Assembly (NCBI GenBank): GCA_964373255.1
Contig: CAYJTG010000002.1
Location: 30,481 to 94,480 of the forward strand
Direction of reading: 5' to 3'
Length of the DNA stretch: 64,000 bases
DNA from: an uncultured archaeon
GTDB taxonomy: Archaea; Aenigmatarchaeota; Aenigmatarchaeia; GW2011-AR5
Positions 25,896 to 34,456 of the stretch are shown here, piece after piece. Positions within the stretch are counted from its first letter, which is position 1. Each line of letters begins with the position of its first letter. The position numbers were made by a program, and so were the translations under genes. The notes beneath the pieces were generated by a model. That model made no database searches and was not told the DNA's origin. It saw only the letters and a program-made list of their open reading frames with translations.

Positions 25896-28217
25896 ATGCA
25901 AATCGCTGATCTGCAACTGCACAGCAAGTACAGCCGCGCCACGTCTGGGAAGATGGTTCTCGACGAGCTTGCGAAGTACGCGAAGATCAAGGGCGTCGAT
26001 ATATTAGGCACAGGGGACTTCACACACCCAATTTGGCTGCAAGAGCTGAAGGGCAAATTAGCTGAAAAGAATGCAGGCGTTTACGAATACGACGACGTGA
26101 TGTTTGTTCTTACCGGTGAAATATCCCTGATTTATACGCAGGACGGCAGGCAGAGGCGCGTGCACCATGTAATATTAGCACCTAATTTCTCTGTGGTCGA
26201 CCAGATCAACGAGTGGCTGGACAAAAAAGGCCGCAGGGACTATGACGGCCGGCCTATCTTTGGATTCTCATCAATAGAATTTGTCGAAGCGATGATGTCC
26301 ATATCGAAAGATATAGAAATAATCCCCGCACATTGCTGGACTCCGTGGTACGGAATATTTGGGTCGATGTCAGGTTTCGATTCTCTGGAGGAATGCTTCC
26401 GCGAAAAGGCAAAATACATACACTGCATCGAGACAGGGATGTCTTGCTACGATACCGAGACAGAAGTGCTGACAAATAATGGATGGAAAAAAATCTCGAG
26501 TGTCGGACATTCCGATGAAATTTGTACTTTAGACATTAATACAAATAGAATTGAACTCCAGAAGCCAATTAAATTGTTTAAATATAGTTACAAGGGCAAG
26601 ATGTATAGGTTAAAGACCAAAAGAATTGATCTTTTGGTAACTCCTAACCATAAACTTCTATGTAGCCCTTGTGATTTTAGAAAAAACCCTTCTTTTTCTC
26701 TTAAAGAAGCAGAATTTTTATTTAACAAATCAAAGCGATTTAAGAAAGATGGTATTTGGATTGGTGACAATCCAGAATATTTTGTTATTCCGGCTGTCAA
26801 AATAAAGCATGGAAGCAGATTTTATTCTGGATTTCGAAATAAAGGTGAAAAAAAGTGTCCGATCAAGCCTTGGTTAAGATTCTTCGGTTTTTGGTTGGCA
26901 GAAGGCTGGGCAACAGAAAGCAAAAATGGTGACTATGGGATTTATCTTGCGAATTCGAATCCGGAGATAATTTCTGAGATGAAAAAAATTCTTGAAAGCT
27001 TCGACTACACGGTATATCAATATAAAAATAGAAGCATGGACACAATTAGAGTAAGAGATTATCAATTATTTTCTTATCTTAAACAATTTGGAAAAGCCTC
27101 CGAAAAATTTATTCCTTCAGACATAAAATCATTATCAAAAGAGTTCTTAGAAATCTTATTTGAATTTTACATAAAGGGTGATGGACATAGGTACGGTAGA
27201 AATGGGAAAGGTCTTTCGGCTACCACAATCTCAAAACGTCTTCGTGACGATCTGCAGGAAATCGCGCTAAAAATTGGTATTTCAGCATATTATAAATTGC
27301 ATAACAAGAAAGGTACACCAATTACTTCTCTTCCAAAAGCCAAACTAAAAGGCTATAAACAATCCGAAGATTCGTGGGTAATATATTTCATCAGAAATAA
27401 CATTCATACTGTTTTGCCTTCCACTATCAAGAAATATAATTACATCGAATCTTGGGTCGACTACGACGGTTTTGTATATTGCGTTGAAGTCCCAAACCAT
27501 GTAATTTACATTAGAAGAAATGGTATTCCTGTTTGGTGCGGAAACTCGAATCCTGCGATGAACTGGCGCATTTCTGCTTTGGACAACATCACTCTGACAA
27601 GCAACAGCGACGCGCACTCGCCGTACCCGTGGCGGCTTGGCCGGGAGGCCAATGTATTTGATTTCAAAGAAGTGAATTTTGAAAATATCATAAACGCGTT
27701 TCGTAACAGGAAGGATTTTGCTTACACGATTGAAACAAGCCCGAACTATGGAAAATATCATTATGACGGACACCGGGCGTGCAATTTCTCATGCTCGCCA
27801 GACGAGACAAAGAAGCTCAGTGACGTATGCCCGAAGTGCGGCAAAAAATTAGTTATAGGCGTGCTCAACAGAGTGGAACAACTTGCAGACCGTGATGAAG
27901 GGTTCGTACCAAAGGACGCGATCCCGTTCAGGACTCTGATACCTCTGAGCGAAGTCATCGCTGCCTTTCACGACACTGATGTGTTCACAAAAAAGGTGTG
28001 GGAAATTTACAACAGGCTGATCGACCGTTTTGGCGATGAATTCAATATCCTTCTTAATACGGAAAAAAACGAACTTGAAAAGACGATCGACGAAAAACTG
28101 GCGGCGCTCATAATAAAGAACCGCGAGAACAAGCTGCACGTCGAGCCTGGTTACGATGGTGTATACGGAAAATTAGTTGTCAAAGAGGAAACGGGATTGA
28201 GAAGATTTATAAAATGA
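25896..28217 (+). CDS. PHP-domain endonuclease Q-like protein (EndoQ family) interrupted by an intein
   Basis: The N-extein reads MQIADLQLHSKYSRATS...GTGDFTHP...HHVILAP...PAHCWTPW...ETGMS. The C-extein reads SNPAMNW...LTSNSDAHSPYPWRLGRE...GKYHYDGHRAC...CPKCGKK...PGYDGVYG. This gives PHP metal motifs, a Zn finger and a C-terminal domain, as in archaeal EndoQ. Confidence 0.75.
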   Translation: MQIADLQLHSKYSRATSGKMVLDELAKYAKIKGVDILGTGDFTHPIWLQELKGKLAEKNAGVYEYDDVMFVLTGEISLIYTQDGRQRRVHHVILAPNFSVVDQINEWLDKKGRRDYDGRPIFGFSSIEFVEAMMSISKDIEIIPAHCWTPWYGIFGSMSGFDSLEECFREKAKYIHCIETGMSCYDTETEVLTNNGWKKISSVGHSDEICTLDINTNRIELQKPIKLFKYSYKGKMYRLKTKRIDLLVTPNHKLLCSPCDFRKNPSFSLKEAEFLFNKSKRFKKDGIWIGDNPEYFVIPAVKIKHGSRFYSGFRNKGEKKCPIKPWLRFFGFWLAEGWATESKNGDYGIYLANSNPEIISEMKKILESFDYTVYQYKNRSMDTIRVRDYQLFSYLKQFGKASEKFIPSDIKSLSKEFLEILFEFYIKGDGHRYGRNGKGLSATTISKRLRDDLQEIALKIGISAYYKLHNKKGTPITSLPKAKLKGYKQSEDSWVIYFIRNNIHTVLPSTIKKYNYIESWVDYDGFVYCVEVPNHVIYIRRNGIPVWCGNSNPAMNWRISALDNITLTSNSDAHSPYPWRLGREANVFDFKEVNFENIINAFRNRKDFAYTIETSPNYGKYHYDGHRACNFSCSPDETKKLSDVCPKCGKKLVIGVLNRVEQLADRDEGFVPKDAIPFRTLIPLSEVIAAFHDTDVFTKKVWEIYNRLIDRFGDEFNILLNTEKNELEKTIDEKLAALIIKNRENKLHVEPGYDGVYGKLVVKEETGLRRFIK
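26445..27545 (+). mobile_element. Intein (367 aa) with LAGLIDADG homing-endonuclease domain
   Basis: Block A is CYDTETEVLTNNGW and block B is LLVTPNHKLL. The LAGLIDADG motifs are LRFFGFWLAEGWA and LEILFEFYIKGDGH. The C-terminus is VYCVEVPNHVIYI..GIPVWCGN followed by the +1 Ser. It is in frame (26445 and 27546 share the host frame) and visibly more AT-rich than the exteins. Confidence 0.85.
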
Positions 28218-28225
28218 ATGCCTTT

Positions 28226-28357
28226 GATTGAATTCCATGTTCGTATGATGATCGTCAGCGTAGCGATATACGTCTTTTGACGTATACCGCAGCTAGCACC
28301 ATCGCCAGAAAGGCGATGGTGCTCACGCTGACGATCATACTTTAATGGAATTCAATC
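28226..28357. mobile_element. MITE-like nested-hairpin element with 8-bp TSD ATGCCTTT
   Basis: The termini are GATTGAATTCCAT.../...ATGGAATTCAATC. The second stem is GTATGATGATCGTCAGCGT/ACGCTGACGATCATAC. The internal hairpins are GATATACGTC-TTTT-GACGTATAC and AGCACCATCGCC-AGAA-AGGCGATGGTGCT, joined by AGCT. Exact ATGCCTTT copies lie at 28218-28225 and 28358-28365. Confidence 0.8.
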
Positions 28358-28364
28358 ATGCCTT

Positions 28365-29621
28365 TTAAACAATACCAGGCCCTGACAATCCTTCGACGCC
28401 AGTGACCATAACGTTGACTGTCCTGTCGACGTAATACCTGTACCACAGGCTTATTGTGAATGTTATGGTACCGGCAGGTTTTGTCGCCCATGTTGCGCGG
28501 TCTATTCCTATGGTGCAGCCGACGGGCACTGTCTGATCGGCACGGAGCTTCACAAGGCTGCCTATGACGTCAGAGCCCACAAAAACTTCTGTGCCTGTCT
28601 GGCCAAGGCACTCGGACAAGTATACGCCTGGGCCGTCTACTGCAAGTGTGGCAACCAGGAAGCCTGAAGATCCTGGAAAAGCAACATTATCCAGCGACAG
28701 CGGAAAGCCCTCGCCGGTGTTCACGAATTCAAAGCGGTAATTCTCGAAATGCACAGGCCCTGAAAGAGAGTATGGGTCAACAACTACAGGGTTCGACCCG
28801 CGTGTTACAAGAACCTGTATCGGCGCTGCAAAAGAATTCTGAACAGCCAGCGGAAAGACGGTTGGCTGTCCAATCTTTGATCTTGTTTGAAATTCTTCTT
28901 TGTTTAATGCCTGCACATTAATATGCGCATTTGTTGTGTAGAAAAATGATGTGCGCGCGGTCACAGGATAGACCAGGCTTGCGCGCTCAAGCAGGACAGG
29001 CGGCCTCAGTGTCCAGTCCCGTATGAACGACTGGCCCGCCCTTCCGGTGTTTGGATCAGGTGGAAGGAGCTCTGGCTGGAATTTTGTGAGCAAAAATCGC
29101 TGGTTTGCCGAATCATAGCTGTTGCAGAACTGGTTTGAGAATTCAAGGAACGACGAGCCTATAAATCCTGACAATGTCGTGCCACGATCTCTAACATAAT
29201 TTACACAGACGCTCCCAAGCTCTACATTCCTGTAGCACCCGCTGAATATGCCGTTTATGAAATCGAGGTTGAACCCAAGGCCCTGCGTAGGTATGATGGG
29301 TCCGAAGACCGATATGGGCTGGCCGTCTATGGTGCGCCAGGTGTCAACGCCGAACAGCTCTGTGGTTACGCATCTAGCTGTAGTGCCGCCGACGTTCTCG
29401 GCGTCTATGAAAAAACGGACAGGGTCTGTGGCCTCGGCAACAGGAGGGTCGGCTGAGAAGTCGTTGACATTCAAACCATTATTTGCATTGACGTTTGACT
29501 GGGCAGTGCAGCCTGAAAGAAATACAATCATCACAACGAGAAGAAGTATTTTTGAATTCGTTAACAACTTCAGAGAACGAATTCGATTTGTGAGTAACAT
29601 AAAGGATTTCGTTTTTTTCAT
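28365..29621 (-). CDS. Lipobox surface protein, paralog 1 of a four-member family
   Basis: ATG at 29621 (TTG at 29627) and signal ..ILLLVVMIVFLSGC. The first domain is NDFSADPPVAEATDPVRFFIDAENVGGTTA (CARDB-like). The C-terminus is ..ISLWYRYYVDRTVNVMVTG. Confidence 0.75.
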   Translation of the reverse strand: MKKTKSFMLLTNRIRSLKLLTNSKILLLVVMIVFLSGCTAQSNVNANNGLNVNDFSADPPVAEATDPVRFFIDAENVGGTTARCVTTELFGVDTWRTIDGQPISVFGPIIPTQGLGFNLDFINGIFSGCYRNVELGSVCVNYVRDRGTTLSGFIGSSFLEFSNQFCNSYDSANQRFLLTKFQPELLPPDPNTGRAGQSFIRDWTLRPPVLLERASLVYPVTARTSFFYTTNAHINVQALNKEEFQTRSKIGQPTVFPLAVQNSFAAPIQVLVTRGSNPVVVDPYSLSGPVHFENYRFEFVNTGEGFPLSLDNVAFPGSSGFLVATLAVDGPGVYLSECLGQTGTEVFVGSDVIGSLVKLRADQTVPVGCTIGIDRATWATKPAGTITFTISLWYRYYVDRTVNVMVTGVEGLSGPGIV

Positions 29622-29699
29622 ATTCAATTATTGTGGATTCGCAAATATAAACACAATCCACAATGATTTGGTTGTGTTCAGAAAGAACAAGAATCAAAA

Positions 29700-29954
29700 T
29701 TATTGGTCAAACTCGAGCTCGACGCCACCGACTTTTCCTGCAATGAGGTTATACAGGAATGCGCCGATTGCGCCAAAAATAAATCCGATAATTCCGAAGT
29801 ATATCGGAAGGATAATGATTACAAGTACGCCAAGCCCGGCGCCTACAAACGGTACGCCGAGAAGCCCGCCTACGGCTGTGCCTATGGCAGCAAAGTTGCC
29901 AGTGATAAAACACCAATATGTCTCAAAACTGCCTTCTCTGTCATTTTTATCCAC
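29700..29954 (-). CDS. Small Gly-rich two-TM membrane protein
   Basis: 84 aa with a GTG start. Sequence GNFAAIGTAVGGLLGVPFVGAGLGVLVIIILPIYFGIIGFIFGAIGAFLY. Confidence 0.45.
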   Translation of the reverse strand: MDKNDREGSFETYWCFITGNFAAIGTAVGGLLGVPFVGAGLGVLVIIILPIYFGIIGFIFGAIGAFLYNLIAGKVGGVELEFDQ

Positions 29955-29981
29955 CTGCTGATTTTAGAAATTATTTAGAAC

Positions 29982-30953
29982 TTATTTTCCCTGCACACTG
30001 ACCGTTGCGGTTGCGTCAACGTAGTACCTGTAAAACAGCTCGAACACGAGCTGTACCCTGTCTTCCGGCCTGCTGCCCCACGCTGACTTGTCTATACCTA
30101 TCATGCAGCCAATGGTGTACGTCCCGTCCTGGCGCAGCCTCACCAATATATCAGTGGAATCAAGATCGATTTCATTTCCGCTTGTTACGCCAAGGCATTC
30201 ATCAAAGTGCGGGTTGCCTGCGCCCAGCAATGTTATCTTTCCGCTGATCTTACCGCCTGTGCCACGAATGGCCGGGTCGTCCTCCAGCGTGATTGGGAAG
30301 CCGTCGCCGCCGTTGCTGAATATTATGCGCAGAGGCCATTCCTGGTCGTCACTTTCCGTGTCTGCGGTATCGACGTGTATGGGTAAGAAGCCTTTCGCAC
30401 TGTCAACCAAAATTTTTATAGGGCCTGCACTGCCCGAGAATGTGGGCGACGGCAGCGCCTGGTTGTTTGATTCTCTTATCGTTATTTCATTCTCGCTCAG
30501 CGCCGGTATATCGATGATGCCGTTTGTGGCATAATCATAAGTCACGCGCGCCGTTACAGTAGCAGCGTACGGGATTCCCTGAGGCACGTCAGGCGTCATG
30601 AGCCGATACTGGACAAGCTTGAACTGGCCTGGAACGCCACGTCCGACATCAGGCGGCTTCAAAGTCCCGAGCTCTTTTGTCAGCGTGTCTGGTATAGGAT
30701 TGCCTGTGGAATCTCTCCACTGATTTTCAACGCCGTACAGGTCTATCTGCGCTTCTTTTGCAGTTGTCCCGCCTATATTTTCAACCTCGATATCAAAAAG
30801 CACCAATTCGCCGGACCTGACAGACGCCGGGTCTGCGTTGAAGCTGTTTATGGTGAGCCCGCGGTTCGGGTCAGTAGTGACAGGCCTGTCTCCTCCGGTG
30901 CAGCCGGAAATAATCACAACCGCAGCAAGAAGAACCAACAGGTATTTTTTCAT
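29982..30953 (-). CDS. Lipobox surface protein, paralog 2
   Basis: ATG start and MKKYLLVLLAAVVIISGC. Sequence NSFNADPASVRSGELVLFDIEVENIGGTTA...RVTYDYATNGIIDIPAL...FELFYRYYVDATATVSVQGK. Confidence 0.8.
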   Translation of the reverse strand: MKKYLLVLLAAVVIISGCTGGDRPVTTDPNRGLTINSFNADPASVRSGELVLFDIEVENIGGTTAKEAQIDLYGVENQWRDSTGNPIPDTLTKELGTLKPPDVGRGVPGQFKLVQYRLMTPDVPQGIPYAATVTARVTYDYATNGIIDIPALSENEITIRESNNQALPSPTFSGSAGPIKILVDSAKGFLPIHVDTADTESDDQEWPLRIIFSNGGDGFPITLEDDPAIRGTGGKISGKITLLGAGNPHFDECLGVTSGNEIDLDSTDILVRLRQDGTYTIGCMIGIDKSAWGSRPEDRVQLVFELFYRYYVDATATVSVQGK

Positions 30954-31067
30954 TTAATCGCCCAAATAGACTATTATAATTTCCCTTACTTTATGTATGA
31001 TTCCGACCCCTTAAATAATTTTTGATGTGCGATTTCTGAAGTAATGCAAGGTAAATGCTTATTCACC

Positions 31068-31200
31068 GGCTCTGTTGAAATGCTCAATAAAAGCATCGAC
31101 GTGAGAGCTATTGTCTTTTGACAATAGCTCTAGCTGACCCTTACGTCGATAAGACGTAAGGGTCTACGTCGATGCTTTTTCATAGGTTTTCAACAGAGCC
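31068..31200. mobile_element. MITE-like nested-hairpin element with 8-bp TSD TATTCACC
   Basis: The termini are GGCTCTGTTGAAA.../...TTTCAACAGAGCC. The second stem is GCATCGACGT/ACGTCGATGC. The hairpins are GAGAGCTATTGTC-TTTT-GACAATAGCTCT and GACCCTTACGTC-GATAA-GACGTAAGGGTC, joined by AGCT. TATTCACC occurs at 31060-31067 and 31201-31208, and the right copy contains the stop codon of the next gene. Confidence 0.85.
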
Positions 31201-31203
31201 TAT

Positions 31204-32277
31204 TCACCTGATTACTGTAATCTCTGTTTTGCCGCGCACTTCATACCTGTACTTCAGCGCTATTTCAAGGCCGTAGTTCTCGACGACGGTGACGCCTGTC
31301 GGAAGCTCAAGACGGCAGGCTACGCGCGGGAATTCTTTGCCCTGCAACTTCAACGACCAACCGGACTTGATGATTTCGTCGCAGCGGGCAATATTCGCAT
31401 TGTTGTATCCGACGGGGCTCACGCGCAAGTTAGTGTCATCGATATCGCCGATAAAGCCGTTGCCAATATTCTTTATAGTAATATACATCAAATACTCGCG
31501 GTCGGGTCTGACAACAATCGGCATTTCATCGCTGAACTCTACAATAATCTCCACGTTCTTGTCACGATACACGAACGAAGAGGGCTTTTTTGCGAGCTGG
31601 CCGCGCTCTAAGCGCGTTATGTATTCGCTCTCGGTCATCATCTCTATCAGCTGGACGACTGGCAGCTCTGTGGTGTAACTGACCCTTGAACTCACGACAG
31701 ATTTTTGCGTGTCTTCAGCAAGGTCTGTTTTCTGCGGCGCCATCAACAGGCACGAAAGTGTCTTGAAGTCATCGGGCAGCATGAATTCTATGAACTTGCC
31801 GCACGCGCCTGGTGTGATGTATTCACCGGATTGCGTGTAGTCAGCAGTGCCAAGAATGTTGAATATTCCAGCGTCAAAGATGTCCGCCTCGACGTCTGTG
31901 ACGCGGCGCGGGTTCTGGTTGTCGATATCCACGTTAACACGAACCTCGCCTGACGCAAAGACCTTTGACGGGTCTGGCGTTAGCGTAACAAAAAGCCCGC
32001 CACCTACTGTCTGCGGCTGTATGCAGCCGCTTATGAAAATTATAACAACAAATAATAAAGCAAGAAGAAGCGATTTGGAATTTTCTTTAACTAGCTCTGT
32101 AAAAATGCTCGATAAAGAGCATCGACGTAGACCTATATGTCTCTTGACGTATAGGTCAGCTAGAGGCATTGTCTGAACCGTTAGACGCACTTCGTGCGTC
32201 AGTTTGTTACAATGCCTCTCACGTCGATGCTCTTGCATAGGTTTTCTACAGAGCACTTTAACTATTTTAAATATCAT
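31204..32277 (-). CDS. Lipobox surface protein, paralog 3, carrying an in-frame MITE insertion in the signal-peptide n-region
   Basis: ATG at 32277. Removing 171 nt (element plus one TSD) restores MIFKIVKENSKSLLLALLFVVIIFISGC. The C-terminus is ..LKYRYEVRGKTEITVIR. Internal ATGs at 32238 and 32169 are alternative starts. Confidence 0.7.
   Translation of the reverse strand: MIFKIVKVLCRKPMQEHRRERHCNKLTHEVRLTVQTMPLADLYVKRHIGLRRCSLSSIFTELVKENSKSLLLALLFVVIIFISGCIQPQTVGGGLFVTLTPDPSKVFASGEVRVNVDIDNQNPRRVTDVEADIFDAGIFNILGTADYTQSGEYITPGACGKFIEFMLPDDFKTLSCLLMAPQKTDLAEDTQKSVVSSRVSYTTELPVVQLIEMMTESEYITRLERGQLAKKPSSFVYRDKNVEIIVEFSDEMPIVVRPDREYLMYITIKNIGNGFIGDIDDTNLRVSPVGYNNANIARCDEIIKSGWSLKLQGKEFPRVACRLELPTGVTVVENYGLEIALKYRYEVRGKTEITVIR
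32094..32255. mobile_element. MITE-like nested-hairpin element (same family as 31068) with 9-bp TSD CTTTAACTA, inside a CDS
   Basis: The termini are GCTCTGTAAAAA.../...TTTTCTACAGAGC. The second stem is GAGCATCGACGT/ACGTCGATGCTC. The hairpins are AGACCTATATGTC-TCTT-GACGTATAGGTC and AGAGGCATTGT...ACAATGCCTCT. CTTTAACTA occurs at 32085-32093 and 32256-32264. Confidence 0.85.
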
Positions 32278-32555
32278 ACATCTCGAATTCTATTTGTCCT
32301 GCGTGGTTTAAATTTATCTCAGAAATTGGCTGAATCAGATAGAACACATTATTAAGTCTTTATAATGAAACCAGAAAAGAATCTGGACATGTTTTTCTGG
32401 TTTCACTTACATGGCGAAACTTTGTTTCGCCTGTACAGAAATCGATAGTTTCTTGAAGCAGAGCTCTTTCAAAGCCTGTGTTCGTGCTCGAAGCCAACAA
32501 TTCATCCGCTTGCTGAAGCAATAGGCATTCTTGTTGATGATAGTAAATTCTTCAA

Positions 32556-33719
32556 TTAGCCGACGTTGTAGAACGGATTCACCGTAACTTCAATGGATTT
32601 CCTCAGCTCATAGTTGTACCCGACGTATGCGCGGATTGTGAATGACTTGAACGGCACGCCTTCCGGCACATTGGTGTTGACTTTGAACCGCAGCGATGTG
32701 CGGGATTCGTCGCGGAACAATTCTATTGGCTCGACGTTGAAGCAGTCCGTTGTGCCGTCGTTATTCAACGCACAGTTGAAGCCTTTTTCTTCCGAGTTTC
32801 CGTCGGGCATGGTGCAGATTCCGGTCGTGCGATCAGCGTTGCACCCAGGCCATTCCACGACCTGCGTGTCCTGCGGGAACTTTATGGTCATGCCGTGAAA
32901 GACGACCTCTTGTAATCCCTGTCCTTTAAGAAACCTGTCAAGTATGTCTCCGATTGAGCTTATGGAAATTATTTCCTGCTCGATCTGAACTTCTTTTGCT
33001 GTATCAATTTTTGAATTAAACACGGTCCCGCTCCCGACGTTCTTTATCTTGAACACGAGTATAGCGGGCTGGCCGGCTAAAACGTAAGTCGGGCCAACAA
33101 GCGAGACGTCGATTTTTACAGGACCGGAGCTCTGGGCCTTTGAGAACTGGATTTCTGTTTTTTCGTTCCCACGCTGGCGCGCGCGGATTTCTTCGAGATT
33201 TACAGCAGGCATGGTGTACACAAGGGCGCCGACAAAGTCGTAGTTTGCCTTGAAGTCGATGGCTGTCTTTGTTATGATGCCTGCGATGTCCGTTTCCCGT
33301 GGGGTCTTCATCTCCACTGATATCTGCTTCTCCTCGCCAGGCAGTATGCTGCACTTGCTTGTTCCGGTGCAGTATTCTACACCTGCTTGATCAACCGGTT
33401 TGCAGCCGATCTGATTGCACAATTGACCAGCAGAATCACGGAACAGCGGGGCGTTGAATATATCTGTCGACGTCAGTGCTGTCTTTACGTCGTCCTTGTT
33501 GACGAGATTAAACAGCAGATCGACATTCTGGTCCGGAAATACAGTATTGCCCTTCGAGGCTGGCGAGATCTGTGCGTTCTCAATAACAATGACGTCCTTC
33601 GGGTTCTCTGTGGTTATGACGTTCTGTATGTTGAGCACATCAGAGCCTGGCAGGAATGGTATGCTTGTGCAGCCTGCTACGAATATCACTAGAAAAACCA
33701 GCAAGAATGATCTTTTCAT
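32556..33719 (-). CDS. Lipobox surface protein, paralog 4 (divergent)
   Basis: ATG start and MKRSFLLVFLVIFVAGC. Sequence ..IDFKANYDFVGALVYTMPAVNLEEI... with C-terminus ..AYVGYNYELRKSIEVTVNP. Confidence 0.7.
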   Translation of the reverse strand: MKRSFLLVFLVIFVAGCTSIPFLPGSDVLNIQNVITTENPKDVIVIENAQISPASKGNTVFPDQNVDLLFNLVNKDDVKTALTSTDIFNAPLFRDSAGQLCNQIGCKPVDQAGVEYCTGTSKCSILPGEEKQISVEMKTPRETDIAGIITKTAIDFKANYDFVGALVYTMPAVNLEEIRARQRGNEKTEIQFSKAQSSGPVKIDVSLVGPTYVLAGQPAILVFKIKNVGSGTVFNSKIDTAKEVQIEQEIISISSIGDILDRFLKGQGLQEVVFHGMTIKFPQDTQVVEWPGCNADRTTGICTMPDGNSEEKGFNCALNNDGTTDCFNVEPIELFRDESRTSLRFKVNTNVPEGVPFKSFTIRAYVGYNYELRKSIEVTVNPFYNVG

Positions 33720-33868
33720 GGCATCACTATAAACATATAATTCTGCCGATTAATAAAGATAAAGTATAATTTATCAAATGAATTTTTGTTTTGCAAAAAC
33801 ACGAAAATAGGTTATACATATATCTTTATATACATATATTTATATATCTAATATAAAAGGTGATCCGT

Positions 33869-34174
33869 ATGGAAACGATAGAAAGCAAAAGACCTGTAAA
33901 AATAAGACTATACAAAAATATTCATCACTGGCCAACACTCAAGACGATGCTCATGGTAGAAAAAACACTGAAGGACGTTGATGGACCTATTTCCCTTGAA
34001 GAATTAAAGAGAAGGCTGAAGACCAAAGTAATGGACCAAACATTAAGGATTATTCTAGCTTACTTGGAAGATAAAGGATCCGTATTAATAGGCCCAAAAG
34101 GCGTATCGTGGATAGAGAACAAAAGCCCCAAATTCCTGAAATTCATCGAAAGAAGCAAGGTAATAGAATTATGA
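33869..34174 (+). CDS. Hypothetical small protein (possible winged helix)
   Basis: ATG at 33869 (GTG at 33860). Sequence ..PISLEELKRRLKTKVMDQTLRIILAYLEDKGSVLIGPKGVSW. Confidence 0.45.
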   Translation: METIESKRPVKIRLYKNIHHWPTLKTMLMVEKTLKDVDGPISLEELKRRLKTKVMDQTLRIILAYLEDKGSVLIGPKGVSWIENKSPKFLKFIERSKVIEL

Positions 34175-34237
34175 AGCCTATAAGAGTTTCGATAACAATT
34201 AAAAAGTATCGAATGAATTTATTGGAAGGCGAGGCAT

Positions 34238-34456
34238 ATGAAATTTAAAATCGTATTAGAAAGGGGAGAAGATGGATACTATACAGCAACAGTACCATCT
34301 CTTCCAGGCTGCATATCGCAGGGAAAGACAGAAGATGAAGCCAAAAAGAATATAAAAGAAGCTATAGAATTGCACCTTGAAAGCCTGGTAGAAGATGGCG
34401 TACCTATTGTTAAGAAAAAAGATACAAAAGAATACGAGCTTCAGGTTACATTATGA
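34238..34456 (+). CDS. hicB: HicB-family antitoxin
   Basis: MKFKIVLERGEDGYYTATVPSLPGCISQGKTEDEAKKNIKEAIELHLE is the hallmark HicB/UPF0150 N-domain. It overlaps the next gene by ATGA. Confidence 0.85.
   Translation: MKFKIVLERGEDGYYTATVPSLPGCISQGKTEDEAKKNIKEAIELHLESLVEDGVPIVKKKDTKEYELQVTL

Noticed and set aside
25589-26056. 155-aa minus-strand ORF spanning tRNA-Gly(CCC) and the start of the EndoQ-like gene
   Set aside because: It overlaps a well-folded tRNA gene and a motif-rich CDS on the other strand, and it has no recognisable features.
28237-28345. ATGATGA ... CTGA boxes inside the 28226 element that look like C and D boxes
   Set aside because: Both lie within a perfectly complementary 19-bp stem (GTATGATGATCGTCAGCGT/ACGCTGACGATCATAC). 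They cannot form the asymmetric kink-turn required of C/D RNAs, so the boxes are incidental.
32094-32255. Idea that the in-frame MITE in the paralog-3 mRNA is removed by the tRNA-splicing endonuclease (a protein-coding BHB intron)
   Set aside because: The element ends pair into a continuous perfect helix, and the flanking 9-nt direct repeats cannot pair. I find no 3-nt bulge / 4-bp helix / 3-nt bulge arrangement at the would-be junctions. It remains testable by RNA-seq but is not supported by the sequence.
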